Source of the DNA: an uncultured Mycoplasmatota bacterium
GTDB lineage: Bacteria > Bacillota_I > Bacilli_A > RF39 > UBA660
Assembly (NCBI GenBank): GCA_946494345.1
Contig: CAMMBX010000002.1
Location: 1 to 45,697, forward strand
Length of the DNA stretch: 45,697 nucleotides
Direction of reading: 5' to 3'
Shown: in pieces, positions 20,849-30,200 of the stretch
How positions within the stretch are numbered: position 1 is the stretch's first letter
Layout: each line of letters begins with the position of its first letter
The notes under the pieces: generated by a model
What the model was told of the DNA's origin: nothing
The model's input: only the letters and a program-made list of their open reading frames with translations
The model's database searches: none
Program-made: the position numbers and the translations under genes

Positions 20849-22085
20849 CATTTTCATTATAAGTTATACCTCTTATTTTACAATATATGTCTAAGTCATC
20901 ATCAACATCAATAATTTTGTATATTTCATCAAAAGAGGTTGAGCCATTTAATACTTTTTGCAAACCATCTTGTAACATTGTAATAACATCTGATTTATAT
21001 ACTAATTTATTTAGATCATCCTTTTCTAGACCTTCTTCATTTAAAGCATTTCTAATTTCATCATTTATCATTAATACTTCTTGAATAGCGATACGTCCAT
21101 GATAACCATTATTACATTTATCACATCCATTAGGATTAGCATTGTATATTTCTTCTACATCTTTTCCTAGAGCCATTTTAAAGACTTTCTTTTGATAAGG
21201 GGTAGTTTTTTCTTTAATATGACAGTGGGGACAAACCATTTTAGCAAGTTTTTGAGAAATGATTCCAGATAGAGCGCTTGATAATAGATATCTTTCAACA
21301 TTCATATCAAGTAATCTTTCAATAGTACTTAAAGAGTTATTAGTATGGATTGTAGATAATACTAAGTGTCCTGTAATAGAAGCACGAACAGCGATTTTAG
21401 CAGTTTCACTATCACGAATTTCACCAATTAAAATAACGTTAGGGTCTTGTCTTAAGATAGATCTTAGGACAGTAGCAAAGTCAAGGCCTATTTCACTATT
21501 TACTTGGACTTGGTTTAAGCCTTCAAGATTCATTTCTATTGGATCTTCTACAGTGATTATATTTGTTTCTTTTTTATTTAAGACTTGTAGAATAGAGTAA
21601 ACTGTTGTACTTTTACCAGAACCAGTGGCACCAGTTATTAAAATAATACCATTAGGTTCAGCGATCATCTTTTTTAACTTTTTAAAGTTATCTTCATTAA
21701 AGCCAAGGGATTCTATTCCTTCTAGACTTCTAGAATAATCAAGGATACGAATAACACATTTTTCTCCTTCATTAGTAGGAAGAGTAGAGACACGTGTTTC
21801 TAGGTTGATTCCTTTGATATTTCCTTTAATAGAACCATCTTGAGGAAGTCTACTTTCTGTGATATTCATATTGGCGATAAGTTTAATTCTTGTAATTAAA
21901 TTTCTCTCATATATTTTAGGAATTTCTGTATAATCTCTTAAATCTCCATCTATTCTAATTCTTACCATTAGACTATTTTCTCTTGGATCAAAATGAATAT
22001 CACTAGCACCTGCTTTAGCAGCATTGGCGATTATATCATCAACAACATTGACAATTGGTGTTTTTGTCATATCATATGTAACCAA
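20829..22085 (-). CDS. Type II/IV secretion-family assembly ATPase (GspE/PilB/ComGA-like), short form
   Basis: Walker A GATGSGKST, Walker B ILIGEIRD, His box GHLVLSTIHTN, and tetracysteine CPHC...CDKC. It lacks the long N-terminal domains of PilB. Confidence 0.9.
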   Translation of the reverse strand: MVTYDMTKTPIVNVVDDIIANAAKAGASDIHFDPRENSLMVRIRIDGDLRDYTEIPKIYERNLITRIKLIANMNITESRLPQDGSIKGNIKGINLETRVSTLPTNEGEKCVIRILDYSRSLEGIESLGFNEDNFKKLKKMIAEPNGIILITGATGSGKSTTVYSILQVLNKKETNIITVEDPIEMNLEGLNQVQVNSEIGLDFATVLRSILRQDPNVILIGEIRDSETAKIAVRASITGHLVLSTIHTNNSLSTIERLLDMNVERYLLSSALSGIISQKLAKMVCPHCHIKEKTTPYQKKVFKMALGKDVEEIYNANPNGCDKCNNGYHGRIAIQEVLMINDEIRNALNEEGLEKDDLNKLVYKSDVITMLQDGLQKVLNGSTSFDEIYKIIDVDDDLDIYCKIRGITYNENEKEEIL

Positions 22086-22170
22086 AGTATCAACCCCTTT
22101 ACTTTATTCTTTTAATTTACTATAATATATTATATAGTAAGAATGTCTTAATTACAAGAGGGAGCTTAGA

Positions 22171-24063
22171 ATGAAAAGGAAAAAAGTGTTAAATAATAGC
22201 GGATTTATGTTGGTAGAAACTTTAATAGTTGGTGTTTTTATTATGGGTATTTTTTCACTTCTTTATACGAATTTTTTTCCTCTTATTGGAGAGTATGAAC
22301 GTTATAGAGATTATGATACAGTAGAATCTACTTATGTTGCTCATTGGGCAAGGATGATAGCTTTAAAAGGTTTACCTGATAATATTTATAATACTGCTGC
22401 TACTAAGGGTTATGTTGATATTAGTGATTGTAATTTATATACAAACTCTGATGGTGTTAGTTCTTGTTCTTCTTTTAAGGCGATGAATAATGTATCAAAA
22501 ATATATTTAACTACATATTCTACAACTAATTTTAAGAACTTTGTAAAAGATAATAATAGTTATGATAGAAGGTTTAGAGAGTATATAGCATATTTACCAT
22601 CTTATAGTAAAAATACAAATAAGACTTCAGCGACAGGTTATTATAGAGTAATAGTTGAATATGTTTCTAATGATACTTATGAATATGGAAATATTGAAGT
22701 TTATAATGATTTTTCTGCTGATGAATGTAAGGATGGGCTAGCGAATTATTTATTAGCAAACATAGGAAGTAATGGTAGTACTTATGATGATGGAGAAGAT
22801 ACTTTTATAACAGGAACTGAGCCAAATAACTATATATGGTATAGTGGTAAATTATGGAGAGCAGTCTCTGTTAATAATGAAGATAAGACAGTAAAATTAG
22901 TAACACAACAGAATATAAGTACATTAGCATATAATGAAAATAATAAAGATACCGCTTTTGATGCTTCTTATATAGAAAAATGGTTAAATGATACAAGTGT
23001 AGATGGCTTTTTAGGTAATTTAAGAGAACCAGAGAAATTTATTGTTATGGATAGTGAATGGAATGCCACATCTACAACTGATGAGGAAATTAAACCAACT
23101 AAAACTAATATGGTAACTGATGCTGTGGGTTTAATTAGTGTTTATGAATATTTAATGACTTACTATAATAGTGGCATAGATAGTAGTGATAGTTATTTGC
23201 ATAATGGACTTACATGGTGGACTTTATCTCCATATAATAATAATCGTAGTTGGTCTATTAGTACTTATGATGGTGATGTTGAAGAAGAGGACAGTGCTTA
23301 TGAATATGGTGTGCGTCCTGCTATAAATTTGAAATGCAGTGTAAAAATTGCTGGTGGTAATGGTACGGCCTCAAACCCATATCGTTTAGATGGTGATAAT
23401 GATACTAGCTTAAATGGTGTTAGATTAAATACAAGATATAGTGGAGAATATATAAGGTTTGGAACTGGTGCTAATAACTTGTATCGTATTGTTAGCCATG
23501 AAACTTCTGGATTAACAAAAATAGTTAGTTCTGAACCATTAAGTAATGGTGGAAGCTTTCTTGAGTTAGCTTTTGGTAATAATACATTTTATGCTTCTAA
23601 TAACACTATAGGTTCATTTTTAAATGGCAGTTATTTGACTGGTGGCAGTTATTTAACAAGTAGTCAAGTAAATATGATACAAACAAATAATGTTTGGTAC
23701 TTAGGAATTGTAGAAGATACAATAGCAGGTAATGGAAATTATAAGTTAGCAAAATATAGTGATGAGAGTATGACAAGTACTATTTCTAGGACGACAACAG
23801 CAACAGTTGGACTGTTAAGATTTGGAGAATTAATGTCAGGTGCTTATGAGTTAAGAGATTCAGATCCAGATGAGAGAATTTGGTTATTAACACCACAAAA
23901 TTCATCATATGTTTGGTATGTTGATGGAATGGGTCAATTGGGTGCTATTGGTCCTGCTGCGTTTTCTTATTTGGTTCGTCCAGCCATGAATTTAAAATCT
24001 AATGTTATAATAACTGGGGGAGATGGAACACAAAATAATCCATTTACAATAAGTTTAGGTTAG
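22171..24063 (+). CDS. Giant type IV pilin-like protein: class III signal peptide plus two tandem copies of a roughly 200-aa domain
   Basis: The N-terminus KKVLNNSG|FMLVETLIV has Glu at +5 followed by a hydrophobic helix. The two copies end in YGVRPAINLKCSVKIAGGNGTASNPY and YLVRPAMNLKSNVIITGGDGTQNNPF. Confidence 0.8.
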   Translation: MKRKKVLNNSGFMLVETLIVGVFIMGIFSLLYTNFFPLIGEYERYRDYDTVESTYVAHWARMIALKGLPDNIYNTAATKGYVDISDCNLYTNSDGVSSCSSFKAMNNVSKIYLTTYSTTNFKNFVKDNNSYDRRFREYIAYLPSYSKNTNKTSATGYYRVIVEYVSNDTYEYGNIEVYNDFSADECKDGLANYLLANIGSNGSTYDDGEDTFITGTEPNNYIWYSGKLWRAVSVNNEDKTVKLVTQQNISTLAYNENNKDTAFDASYIEKWLNDTSVDGFLGNLREPEKFIVMDSEWNATSTTDEEIKPTKTNMVTDAVGLISVYEYLMTYYNSGIDSSDSYLHNGLTWWTLSPYNNNRSWSISTYDGDVEEEDSAYEYGVRPAINLKCSVKIAGGNGTASNPYRLDGDNDTSLNGVRLNTRYSGEYIRFGTGANNLYRIVSHETSGLTKIVSSEPLSNGGSFLELAFGNNTFYASNNTIGSFLNGSYLTGGSYLTSSQVNMIQTNNVWYLGIVEDTIAGNGNYKLAKYSDESMTSTISRTTTATVGLLRFGELMSGAYELRDSDPDERIWLLTPQNSSYVWYVDGMGQLGAIGPAAFSYLVRPAMNLKSNVIITGGDGTQNNPFTISLG

Positions 24064-24077
24064 AAGAAGGTGAAGAT

Positions 24078-24581
24078 ATGTTAAATAAAAAGGGAGTAAC
24101 TTCTGTTGAGTTATTAGTATGTTTTATTATTGTGGCAACTATAGTTGTTAGTATGTATAACTTAATATTAAATTATCGTAATAGAGAACAAATAGAAGAA
24201 ATTAATAATGAGGTTATATCTTTTAGTAATAACTTACAAGAGGTAATTCAGTCCGATTTAATTATGGGGCATTTAGTTAATGTTACTAATGTTAGCTCTG
24301 ATGGACATAAGGCAACTTTTACTTTTGACACTCCTAGTAGTTATACAACTACGCTTACAATTAATCCTGATACAGGGGTTATTAGTTATGGTAGAAGTGG
24401 TAATGTTATTAATTATGAAATACCAGGTATCGCTGATTTGATGCTTTCACCTGATTCTAAAATAGAATATATTGCGGCAGCGAATGGATATTTAAAGATA
24501 ACTATTATTTTAACGCATCCTAATTTTACTGATGAGACCTATTCTTTTATGATTAATTGCCTAGTTAATTATGCTTTTTAA
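24078..24581 (+). CDS. Minor pilin / pseudopilin-like protein
   Basis: The N-terminus MLNKKG|VTSVELLV has Glu at +5 and a hydrophobic helix. It is 167 aa and lies immediately downstream of the giant pilin. Confidence 0.7.
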   Translation: MLNKKGVTSVELLVCFIIVATIVVSMYNLILNYRNREQIEEINNEVISFSNNLQEVIQSDLIMGHLVNVTNVSSDGHKATFTFDTPSSYTTTLTINPDTGVISYGRSGNVINYEIPGIADLMLSPDSKIEYIAAANGYLKITIILTHPNFTDETYSFMINCLVNYAF

Positions 24582-25489
24582 AAACTAATATATAAAAGAG
24601 TGGCAATAGCAGTTCCTATGATTCTACCTATGAAGAAGTATTTATAATCTAAATCTTCTTCTTTTATATTATTTAAAACTTGTAAGTGTACTGAAAAACT
24701 TCCAAATGTAATAAAACTTAGGACAAGAAGACCTTTAAAAAACTGGCTAGTATTTAGATTTCCTACAAGACTAATACCACTTGTCATGTCTAATATTCCT
24801 GTTAATATTACTTCTGTAAAGGGATTTAATGATAAGAAAGAAGAGATTAATTTACTTAAAAACATAAAGAAAGTAATACTGCCTAACATAAATAATAATA
24901 GCTTAATCGCTTCATTTATGGCATTAGGTAAAGCTTCTAAAAAAGAAGTAGTGTACTTTTTACTTATATTTTTCTTAGTAGATATTTCTTTAGGCCTTAA
25001 AATAAAACCTAAAATTAGGTTAGATATTATTCCTATAATAAGGATTTTATAAGCGAGGGAAATACTGTTTAAGACTATACCACATGTTCCTAAAATAAAT
25101 AGAGGATTAGCAAAATGGGTAAACGTTAAAAGATAATTGGCAGTACTTTTATCTATAGATTTCTCTTTGTAACTTAAAGATATGTATTTAGAACCACTTG
25201 GGAAACCTGATATCATGCTAACTAAAATAATAAAGGCACTATTTCCTTCGACATGAAATATCTTTTTTAATATTGGATTTAGTTTATTACTTATTTTTGT
25301 GGCAATGCCAAGTTCTAAAAGAAGAGATGCTAGAACAAAAAAAGGAAATATTGAAGGGAAAAGTTTAGTTTTGAAGATATTAATACTAGTAATTCCACTT
25401 TCTATAATTAGAGAGGGTTTTATAAAAATTCCTAAGTATATAAATAAAATAATAAGTACTGCTAATAATTCTTGATATTTTCTTTTCAT
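24578..25489 (-). CDS. Nucleoside-recognition (Gate) domain membrane protein, YlbJ-like
   Basis: 303 aa and polytopic. It sits divergent from a YlbL-type gene, as in the Bacillus ylbJ-ylbL neighbourhood. It overlaps the convergent pilin gene by 4 nt. Confidence 0.6.
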   Translation of the reverse strand: MKRKYQELLAVLIILFIYLGIFIKPSLIIESGITSINIFKTKLFPSIFPFFVLASLLLELGIATKISNKLNPILKKIFHVEGNSAFIILVSMISGFPSGSKYISLSYKEKSIDKSTANYLLTFTHFANPLFILGTCGIVLNSISLAYKILIIGIISNLILGFILRPKEISTKKNISKKYTTSFLEALPNAINEAIKLLLFMLGSITFFMFLSKLISSFLSLNPFTEVILTGILDMTSGISLVGNLNTSQFFKGLLVLSFITFGSFSVHLQVLNNIKEEDLDYKYFFIGRIIGTAIATLLYISF

Positions 25490-25505
25490 AAAATTACCTT
25501 CTTTT

Positions 25506-25514
25506 GGTATAATG
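25506..25514 (+). promoter_or_regulatory. Extended -10 element upstream of the ylbL-like gene
   Basis: TGGTATAAT lies 20 nt before ATG 25535. Confidence 0.35.
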
Positions 25515-25534
25515 GTATAGTAAGGACTGATGTT

Positions 25535-26557
25535 ATGTTTAATAAATTTTATTTAAAGTTTAAAAAGTTTATGAAAGAAAATTATAAGAGTATTATATTT
25601 TTGATAGTATGTTACTTTGTTTTTACTTTTCCACTACCTTATTATATTTATGCTGGTGGAGGGACTATTAATATTAATGATAGAGTAGAAATAGATGGTG
25701 AAAATTCTTCTAGTAAAGGTAGTCTTAACTTTGCTTATGTTAGAGAACTTGAAGGTAATGTGGCATCATTTATACTTGGCAATATTATTCCATCTTATGA
25801 GGTAGAAAAGCAAGAAGATGTAGAGTTAAATGAAGATGAGTCTAGTGAAGATATTATGTTTAGAAATAGAATTTATTTGGAAAATGCGAATCAAACTGCT
25901 ATTATGTTAGCATATACTGCATCAGGTAAGGACATTGAAGTTAGTGATAGTCATTTCTATGTTATTTATGTTGATGAAAAAGAAGATGGTGGCTTAAGAG
26001 TAGGGGATGAGTTAGTGAAGGTAAATGGTAAAGACATTGAAAAGGTAGAAGATTATACTAAGGAAATACAAGAATTTAATGTTGGTGATAAAGTTAATGT
26101 AACAGTTATTAGAGATGATAAGGAGAAAGATGTAACTGCTACAGTAAAAGAAGAAGATGGTACTAAGTTAACTGGTATTTCAGTAAGTACGATTTATGAG
26201 TATGAAACTGATCCAAAGATAGAGCTTAAGTTTAGAGATAGTGAGGGTGGTCCAAGTGGTGGACTTATGTTGACGCTTGCTATTTATGATAAATTAACTG
26301 ATGGAGATTTAACTCATGGTTTAACTATTGTTGGAACTGGTACTATAAGTAGTGATGGTAGTGTTGGGGAAATTGGTGGTGTTAAACATAAGTTAAATGG
26401 TGCAGTAAAAGCCAATGCTGATGTATTTTTAGTTCCTAAAGGAGATAATTATAAAGAGGCTTTAAAAGAAAAAGAAAAGCATAATTATGATATTGAAATT
26501 AAAGCGATAGGGACATTTGATGAAGCGGTAGAGTATTTGGAGAATTTAGATTCTTAA
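25535..26557 (+). CDS. PDZ domain-containing Lon-like serine protease (YlbL/SepM family)
   Basis: N-terminal TM segment, PDZ motif (GDELVKVNGKDI), and a Lon C-terminal-like domain with GPSGGL and a downstream Lys (VKHKLNGA). The start was moved to ATG 25535 because the track start overlaps the divergent gene. Confidence 0.8.
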   Translation: MFNKFYLKFKKFMKENYKSIIFLIVCYFVFTFPLPYYIYAGGGTININDRVEIDGENSSSKGSLNFAYVRELEGNVASFILGNIIPSYEVEKQEDVELNEDESSEDIMFRNRIYLENANQTAIMLAYTASGKDIEVSDSHFYVIYVDEKEDGGLRVGDELVKVNGKDIEKVEDYTKEIQEFNVGDKVNVTVIRDDKEKDVTATVKEEDGTKLTGISVSTIYEYETDPKIELKFRDSEGGPSGGLMLTLAIYDKLTDGDLTHGLTIVGTGTISSDGSVGEIGGVKHKLNGAVKANADVFLVPKGDNYKEALKEKEKHNYDIEIKAIGTFDEAVEYLENLDS

Positions 26558-26621
26558 AAAGTGTTCACCAAAGCTCTTAAAAAGTGTCCACTGAAACTCT
26601 TAATAATTGTTCATTTGATAT
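26553..26621 (+). repeat. Three tandem, degenerating 23-nt direct repeats in the intergenic region
   Basis: CTTAAAAAGTGTTCACCAAAGCT / CTTAAAAAGTGTCCACTGAAACT / CTTAATAATTGTTCATTTGATAT. Confidence 0.7.
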
Positions 26622-26674
26622 TGCTAAAAATGTAATTATATGTTAAAGTAATGGTAATAGAAGGAGGATTCATT

Positions 26675-27955
26675 ATGGGCTTAACAGAAAAAGGTTATAG
26701 AAGAAGATTAATAGATAGTAAGATAGATCGTTATTTAGATACTTTTGGAGCGATTTTAATTGAAGGACCTAAATGGTGTGGAAAAACATGGACAGCTTTA
26801 AATCATGCAGAAAGTGTATCTTTTGTTACAGAAAATTCTACTAAAAGACTAGCTTTAATAAATCCTAAAAATATTTTTTCTGATAAAAGACCTCAGCTTA
26901 TAGATGAATGGCAAATTGTTCCCTCAATATGGGATTCGGTAAGACATGAATGTGATAGGGGTAGAGGTCCTGGCAATTTTATTTTAACTGGTTCTACAAC
27001 ACTTAGAAAAGAAATAGCTGACAGGCAAATTTATCATTCTGGGGCTGGAAGGATTGCTAGACTTAAAATGGAAACTATGAGTTTATATGAATCAGGTGAT
27101 TCTACTGGTGATGTATCTATAACTGATATGTTGGAGAATAAAGATATAAGCAAAAACATAGGAGAAGTAGAATTAAAATATCTTGCTAATTTAATTATAA
27201 GAGGTGGATGGCCAGCGAGTCTAAAAGCTAAGGAGGAAAATTATCCTTTAATACCAAAAAGTTATATTGACTCAATTTTAAATGTAGAGTTAGATGATGA
27301 TGAAAAAGCAAGAGATAAAAATAAAATGAATATGTTATTAAAATCTTTAGCAAGAAATGAATCAACTACCTGTAGTAATAAGACCCTTATAAAAGATATC
27401 GAAGAATATGAAACTGGTAATGATATATTAACAAGTAGAACTACACTTCTTGATTATTTGGATTTCTTAGAAAGACTTCATTTAATAGATAATCAAGAGT
27501 CATATAGTTCAAATTATCGTTCTCCTGAAAGAGTAGGTAAGTCAGTGAAAAGACATTTAGTTGATCCATCATTAGCTTGTTCCTTATTAAATCTTAATAT
27601 AGATAAGTTAATGAAAGATTTAAACACTTTCGGGTTTCTTTTTGAAGCACTTGTAGAAAGAGACTTAAGAATATATATGGATTACTTAGATGGAAAACTA
27701 TATCATTTTAGAGATAATGTCAGTGGCTTAGAAGTGGATTCAATATTAGAATTTGAAGATGGAGAATATGCTGCAGTTGAAATAAAATTAGGTTACAATG
27801 AAGTAGATGATGCAATTAAGAATTTAAAAGACTTTTATAATAATATGATTAAAAAGCCTAAATTTATGTGCGTTATTGTTGGCGTTTTAGAATCAGCTTA
27901 TAAAGATCCGGATACATCTATTTATGTAGTACCAATAACTGCTTTAAAACCATAG
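26675..27955 (+). CDS. AAA-type ATPase with a C-terminal PD-(D/E)xK-like domain (second, divergent DUF4143-type paralogue)
   Basis: Walker A GPKWCGKT, Walker B LIDEWQ, and C-terminal LEVDSIL...AVEIK. ATG 26675 sits 5-6 nt after GAAGGAGGA. Confidence 0.75.
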   Translation: MGLTEKGYRRRLIDSKIDRYLDTFGAILIEGPKWCGKTWTALNHAESVSFVTENSTKRLALINPKNIFSDKRPQLIDEWQIVPSIWDSVRHECDRGRGPGNFILTGSTTLRKEIADRQIYHSGAGRIARLKMETMSLYESGDSTGDVSITDMLENKDISKNIGEVELKYLANLIIRGGWPASLKAKEENYPLIPKSYIDSILNVELDDDEKARDKNKMNMLLKSLARNESTTCSNKTLIKDIEEYETGNDILTSRTTLLDYLDFLERLHLIDNQESYSSNYRSPERVGKSVKRHLVDPSLACSLLNLNIDKLMKDLNTFGFLFEALVERDLRIYMDYLDGKLYHFRDNVSGLEVDSILEFEDGEYAAVEIKLGYNEVDDAIKNLKDFYNNMIKKPKFMCVIVGVLESAYKDPDTSIYVVPITALKP

Positions 27956-27986
27956 GAAAAGAGATAAGTTCAATTGCTTATCTCTT

Positions 27987-30017
27987 TTAATATGTAGTAC
28001 TTGGGGTACCAGGAACAACTTCAGTTATATCCGGGTCTTTTTTAGGAGGATCAACTTCAGGTAAATTTTCTTCTTCTTTTTCTTTATCTTGATCTGTTTT
28101 TATTTCCTCTGTATCATCTTCTTCATTAGTAGGAGGTGTTACAGAATTGTTATTACCTTGACTTGGTGTTGTATTATCTTCAGGTTCATCGTATCCACTA
28201 CCTGATAATGTTAACACAACACTGCCACTTATTAAATCTATTCTTTTATTAGCAGGGTAACTTTGGGCTACTACATAACCACCATTACCTTTGAAAGTAA
28301 CATTAATTCCATGAGCATTAGCATAACTTTGGGCTGCTGCCTCACTATCACCAGTAAAGTCAGGTAATAAGTCATATGTAAAAGCAGTTTTGTAAGGACC
28401 AGTACCTGTTACTGTTTTTTCATAGTCTTCATCATTAATAGAGAATGAGAATTCTTTAATCATGTCAGGCTCTTCTTCTTCAAGATTTATTTTCATTGCC
28501 TTTATAATATCATCTCTACTTGCAGTATTAGGTACATAGTCCCATAAAACCATTCTACTTCGCTCATCATAAATCATTTGACCTGTACCATCTAAATATA
28601 ATTGTTCAATATTAATAAGGTCAGCATCATCTTTTTGTAGAGCATTATTCATTATATCTTTAGCAATGTCATAGAATGATAATATTTGTTGTTCTGTAAA
28701 GTTAGTATCTAAATTATTAGTAACAGTATTTAAAACATCCATTACTTGATTAATACTTTTCATATCTTTAACTTTATTTAATATTCCTTGAATAACTAAT
28801 TGTTGATTTAAACCTCTGTCTAAATCCCCAGCGGCTAGTTGTTTTCTGTTTCTAGCAAGTACTAAAGCCTGTTCACCATTTAAGGTTTGAAGTCCTGCAC
28901 TAATACAAACTTCTCCTTCACGACTAGAGTTATCAGTACATAAATCTTGAGGAACTTCAACAGTAATACCACCTAAGGTATCAACTAAACTAACTAAACC
29001 TTTAAAATTAATCTTAGCATAATAATCAATCGTAACATCAAAATAATTTTCAATCGTATCCATCATGCAGTCAGTACCATAGGCTGCAGCATGGGTTATT
29101 TTATTTTCAGGAGTACCACTCCAACAAGCGATAGGTACATAACTATCTCTTGGAATACTTAACATTGTAGCATTTAAAGTGTTAGGGTTAAAAGTAATTA
29201 AAATTAAACTATCACCATTAGCAACTGTATTTTTAGATAATCCTTCTTCTGCTGAGTCAACTCCCATTAAAAGAATAGTAAATGGTTCTGTTACATCTTT
29301 ACCAGCAGATGTTTTTTCTCTATCACTAGTATTAGATTTTTTCATTTCTTTTTCTTCAGTTAAAATGATTTTTGTATCACTATCAATATTTTCATAAGCT
29401 TCCATACTAGTGAACATTGAAGGGTAATCAGTTGGAACAAATAGGGCATCTACTTCACCATCATATAAATCAGCCATACCTGAAAAGTAATCATCATATT
29501 CTACTATTTCATTGTTTTTATCCAAATTATTTTTAGAAATTACTTCATTAGGTATTATATTTCCTTCTGGTGATGATTCATCAGAAAGAATACCAATTGA
29601 GTTATCCGATAGATCATCAATGCTCTCAATCTCGCTATCAGAACTTACAATTAAACTACTAGAGTAAGTAACATAGTCTCTATTAATACTTGAAAGAGTA
29701 CCATAAGCATACATTATTAGACCACTGATTGCACAGTTTATAATCAAATATATAATTAATAATGTAGTTAGAAGTCTTACCTTTTTTTCTTTGTGAAGTC
29801 TTTTGCTTCTTACTTTAAAGATAATAATTAAGTCAAATACTACAAAAATACCAATTACTATATATCTTATTACTTCTTCTACAGGACCTAGTCGTAAGAT
29901 GTTATAAATAGCAAAGATATTAGTTAATATAACAATAATACTTAATATTGCTAACCAAAGTCGGCCTTTTTTATTTTTCTTTTCTTTTGTCTCTTTATTC
30001 TCTTTATTCTTTCTCAT
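27987..30017 (-). CDS. LCP (LytR-CpsA-Psr) family cell-wall polymer ligase with a C-terminal PASTA-like domain and an acidic/Pro-rich tail
   Basis: N-terminal TM segments. LCP motifs FTILLMGVDS, GDSLILITFNP, LSIPRDSYV and LARNR. The C-terminal LPDFTGDSEAAAQSYANAHGINVTF...VVAQSYPANKRIDLISGSVVLTLSG resembles PASTA. ATG 30017 follows GGAGG by 8 nt. Confidence 0.85.
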   Translation of the reverse strand: MRKNKENKETKEKKNKKGRLWLAILSIIVILTNIFAIYNILRLGPVEEVIRYIVIGIFVVFDLIIIFKVRSKRLHKEKKVRLLTTLLIIYLIINCAISGLIMYAYGTLSSINRDYVTYSSSLIVSSDSEIESIDDLSDNSIGILSDESSPEGNIIPNEVISKNNLDKNNEIVEYDDYFSGMADLYDGEVDALFVPTDYPSMFTSMEAYENIDSDTKIILTEEKEMKKSNTSDREKTSAGKDVTEPFTILLMGVDSAEEGLSKNTVANGDSLILITFNPNTLNATMLSIPRDSYVPIACWSGTPENKITHAAAYGTDCMMDTIENYFDVTIDYYAKINFKGLVSLVDTLGGITVEVPQDLCTDNSSREGEVCISAGLQTLNGEQALVLARNRKQLAAGDLDRGLNQQLVIQGILNKVKDMKSINQVMDVLNTVTNNLDTNFTEQQILSFYDIAKDIMNNALQKDDADLINIEQLYLDGTGQMIYDERSRMVLWDYVPNTASRDDIIKAMKINLEEEEPDMIKEFSFSINDEDYEKTVTGTGPYKTAFTYDLLPDFTGDSEAAAQSYANAHGINVTFKGNGGYVVAQSYPANKRIDLISGSVVLTLSGSGYDEPEDNTTPSQGNNNSVTPPTNEEDDTEEIKTDQDKEKEEENLPEVDPPKKDPDITEVVPGTPSTTY

Positions 30018-30200
30018 TAAATTAACCTCCAACGTTTAAAACATAAAACTATACCTTATCATTATAGACTATTATCAGAATCATTTCAACTCTAGTCTTT
30101 TTGTTTGAACTGTCAAGTTGACGATATATCTATATTTTATAGAGACAGTTTGTCGAAGTTTCTGTTATAATGTAAATAGGAGAATAGGAGTTGATGGGGT

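Noticed and set aside
24578-24581. The 4-nt overlap of the convergent pilin and ylbJ-like genes (TTTTAAAA) as a regulatory palindrome.
   Set aside because: It is simply two stop codons (TAA on each strand) sharing bases. No extended structure surrounds it.
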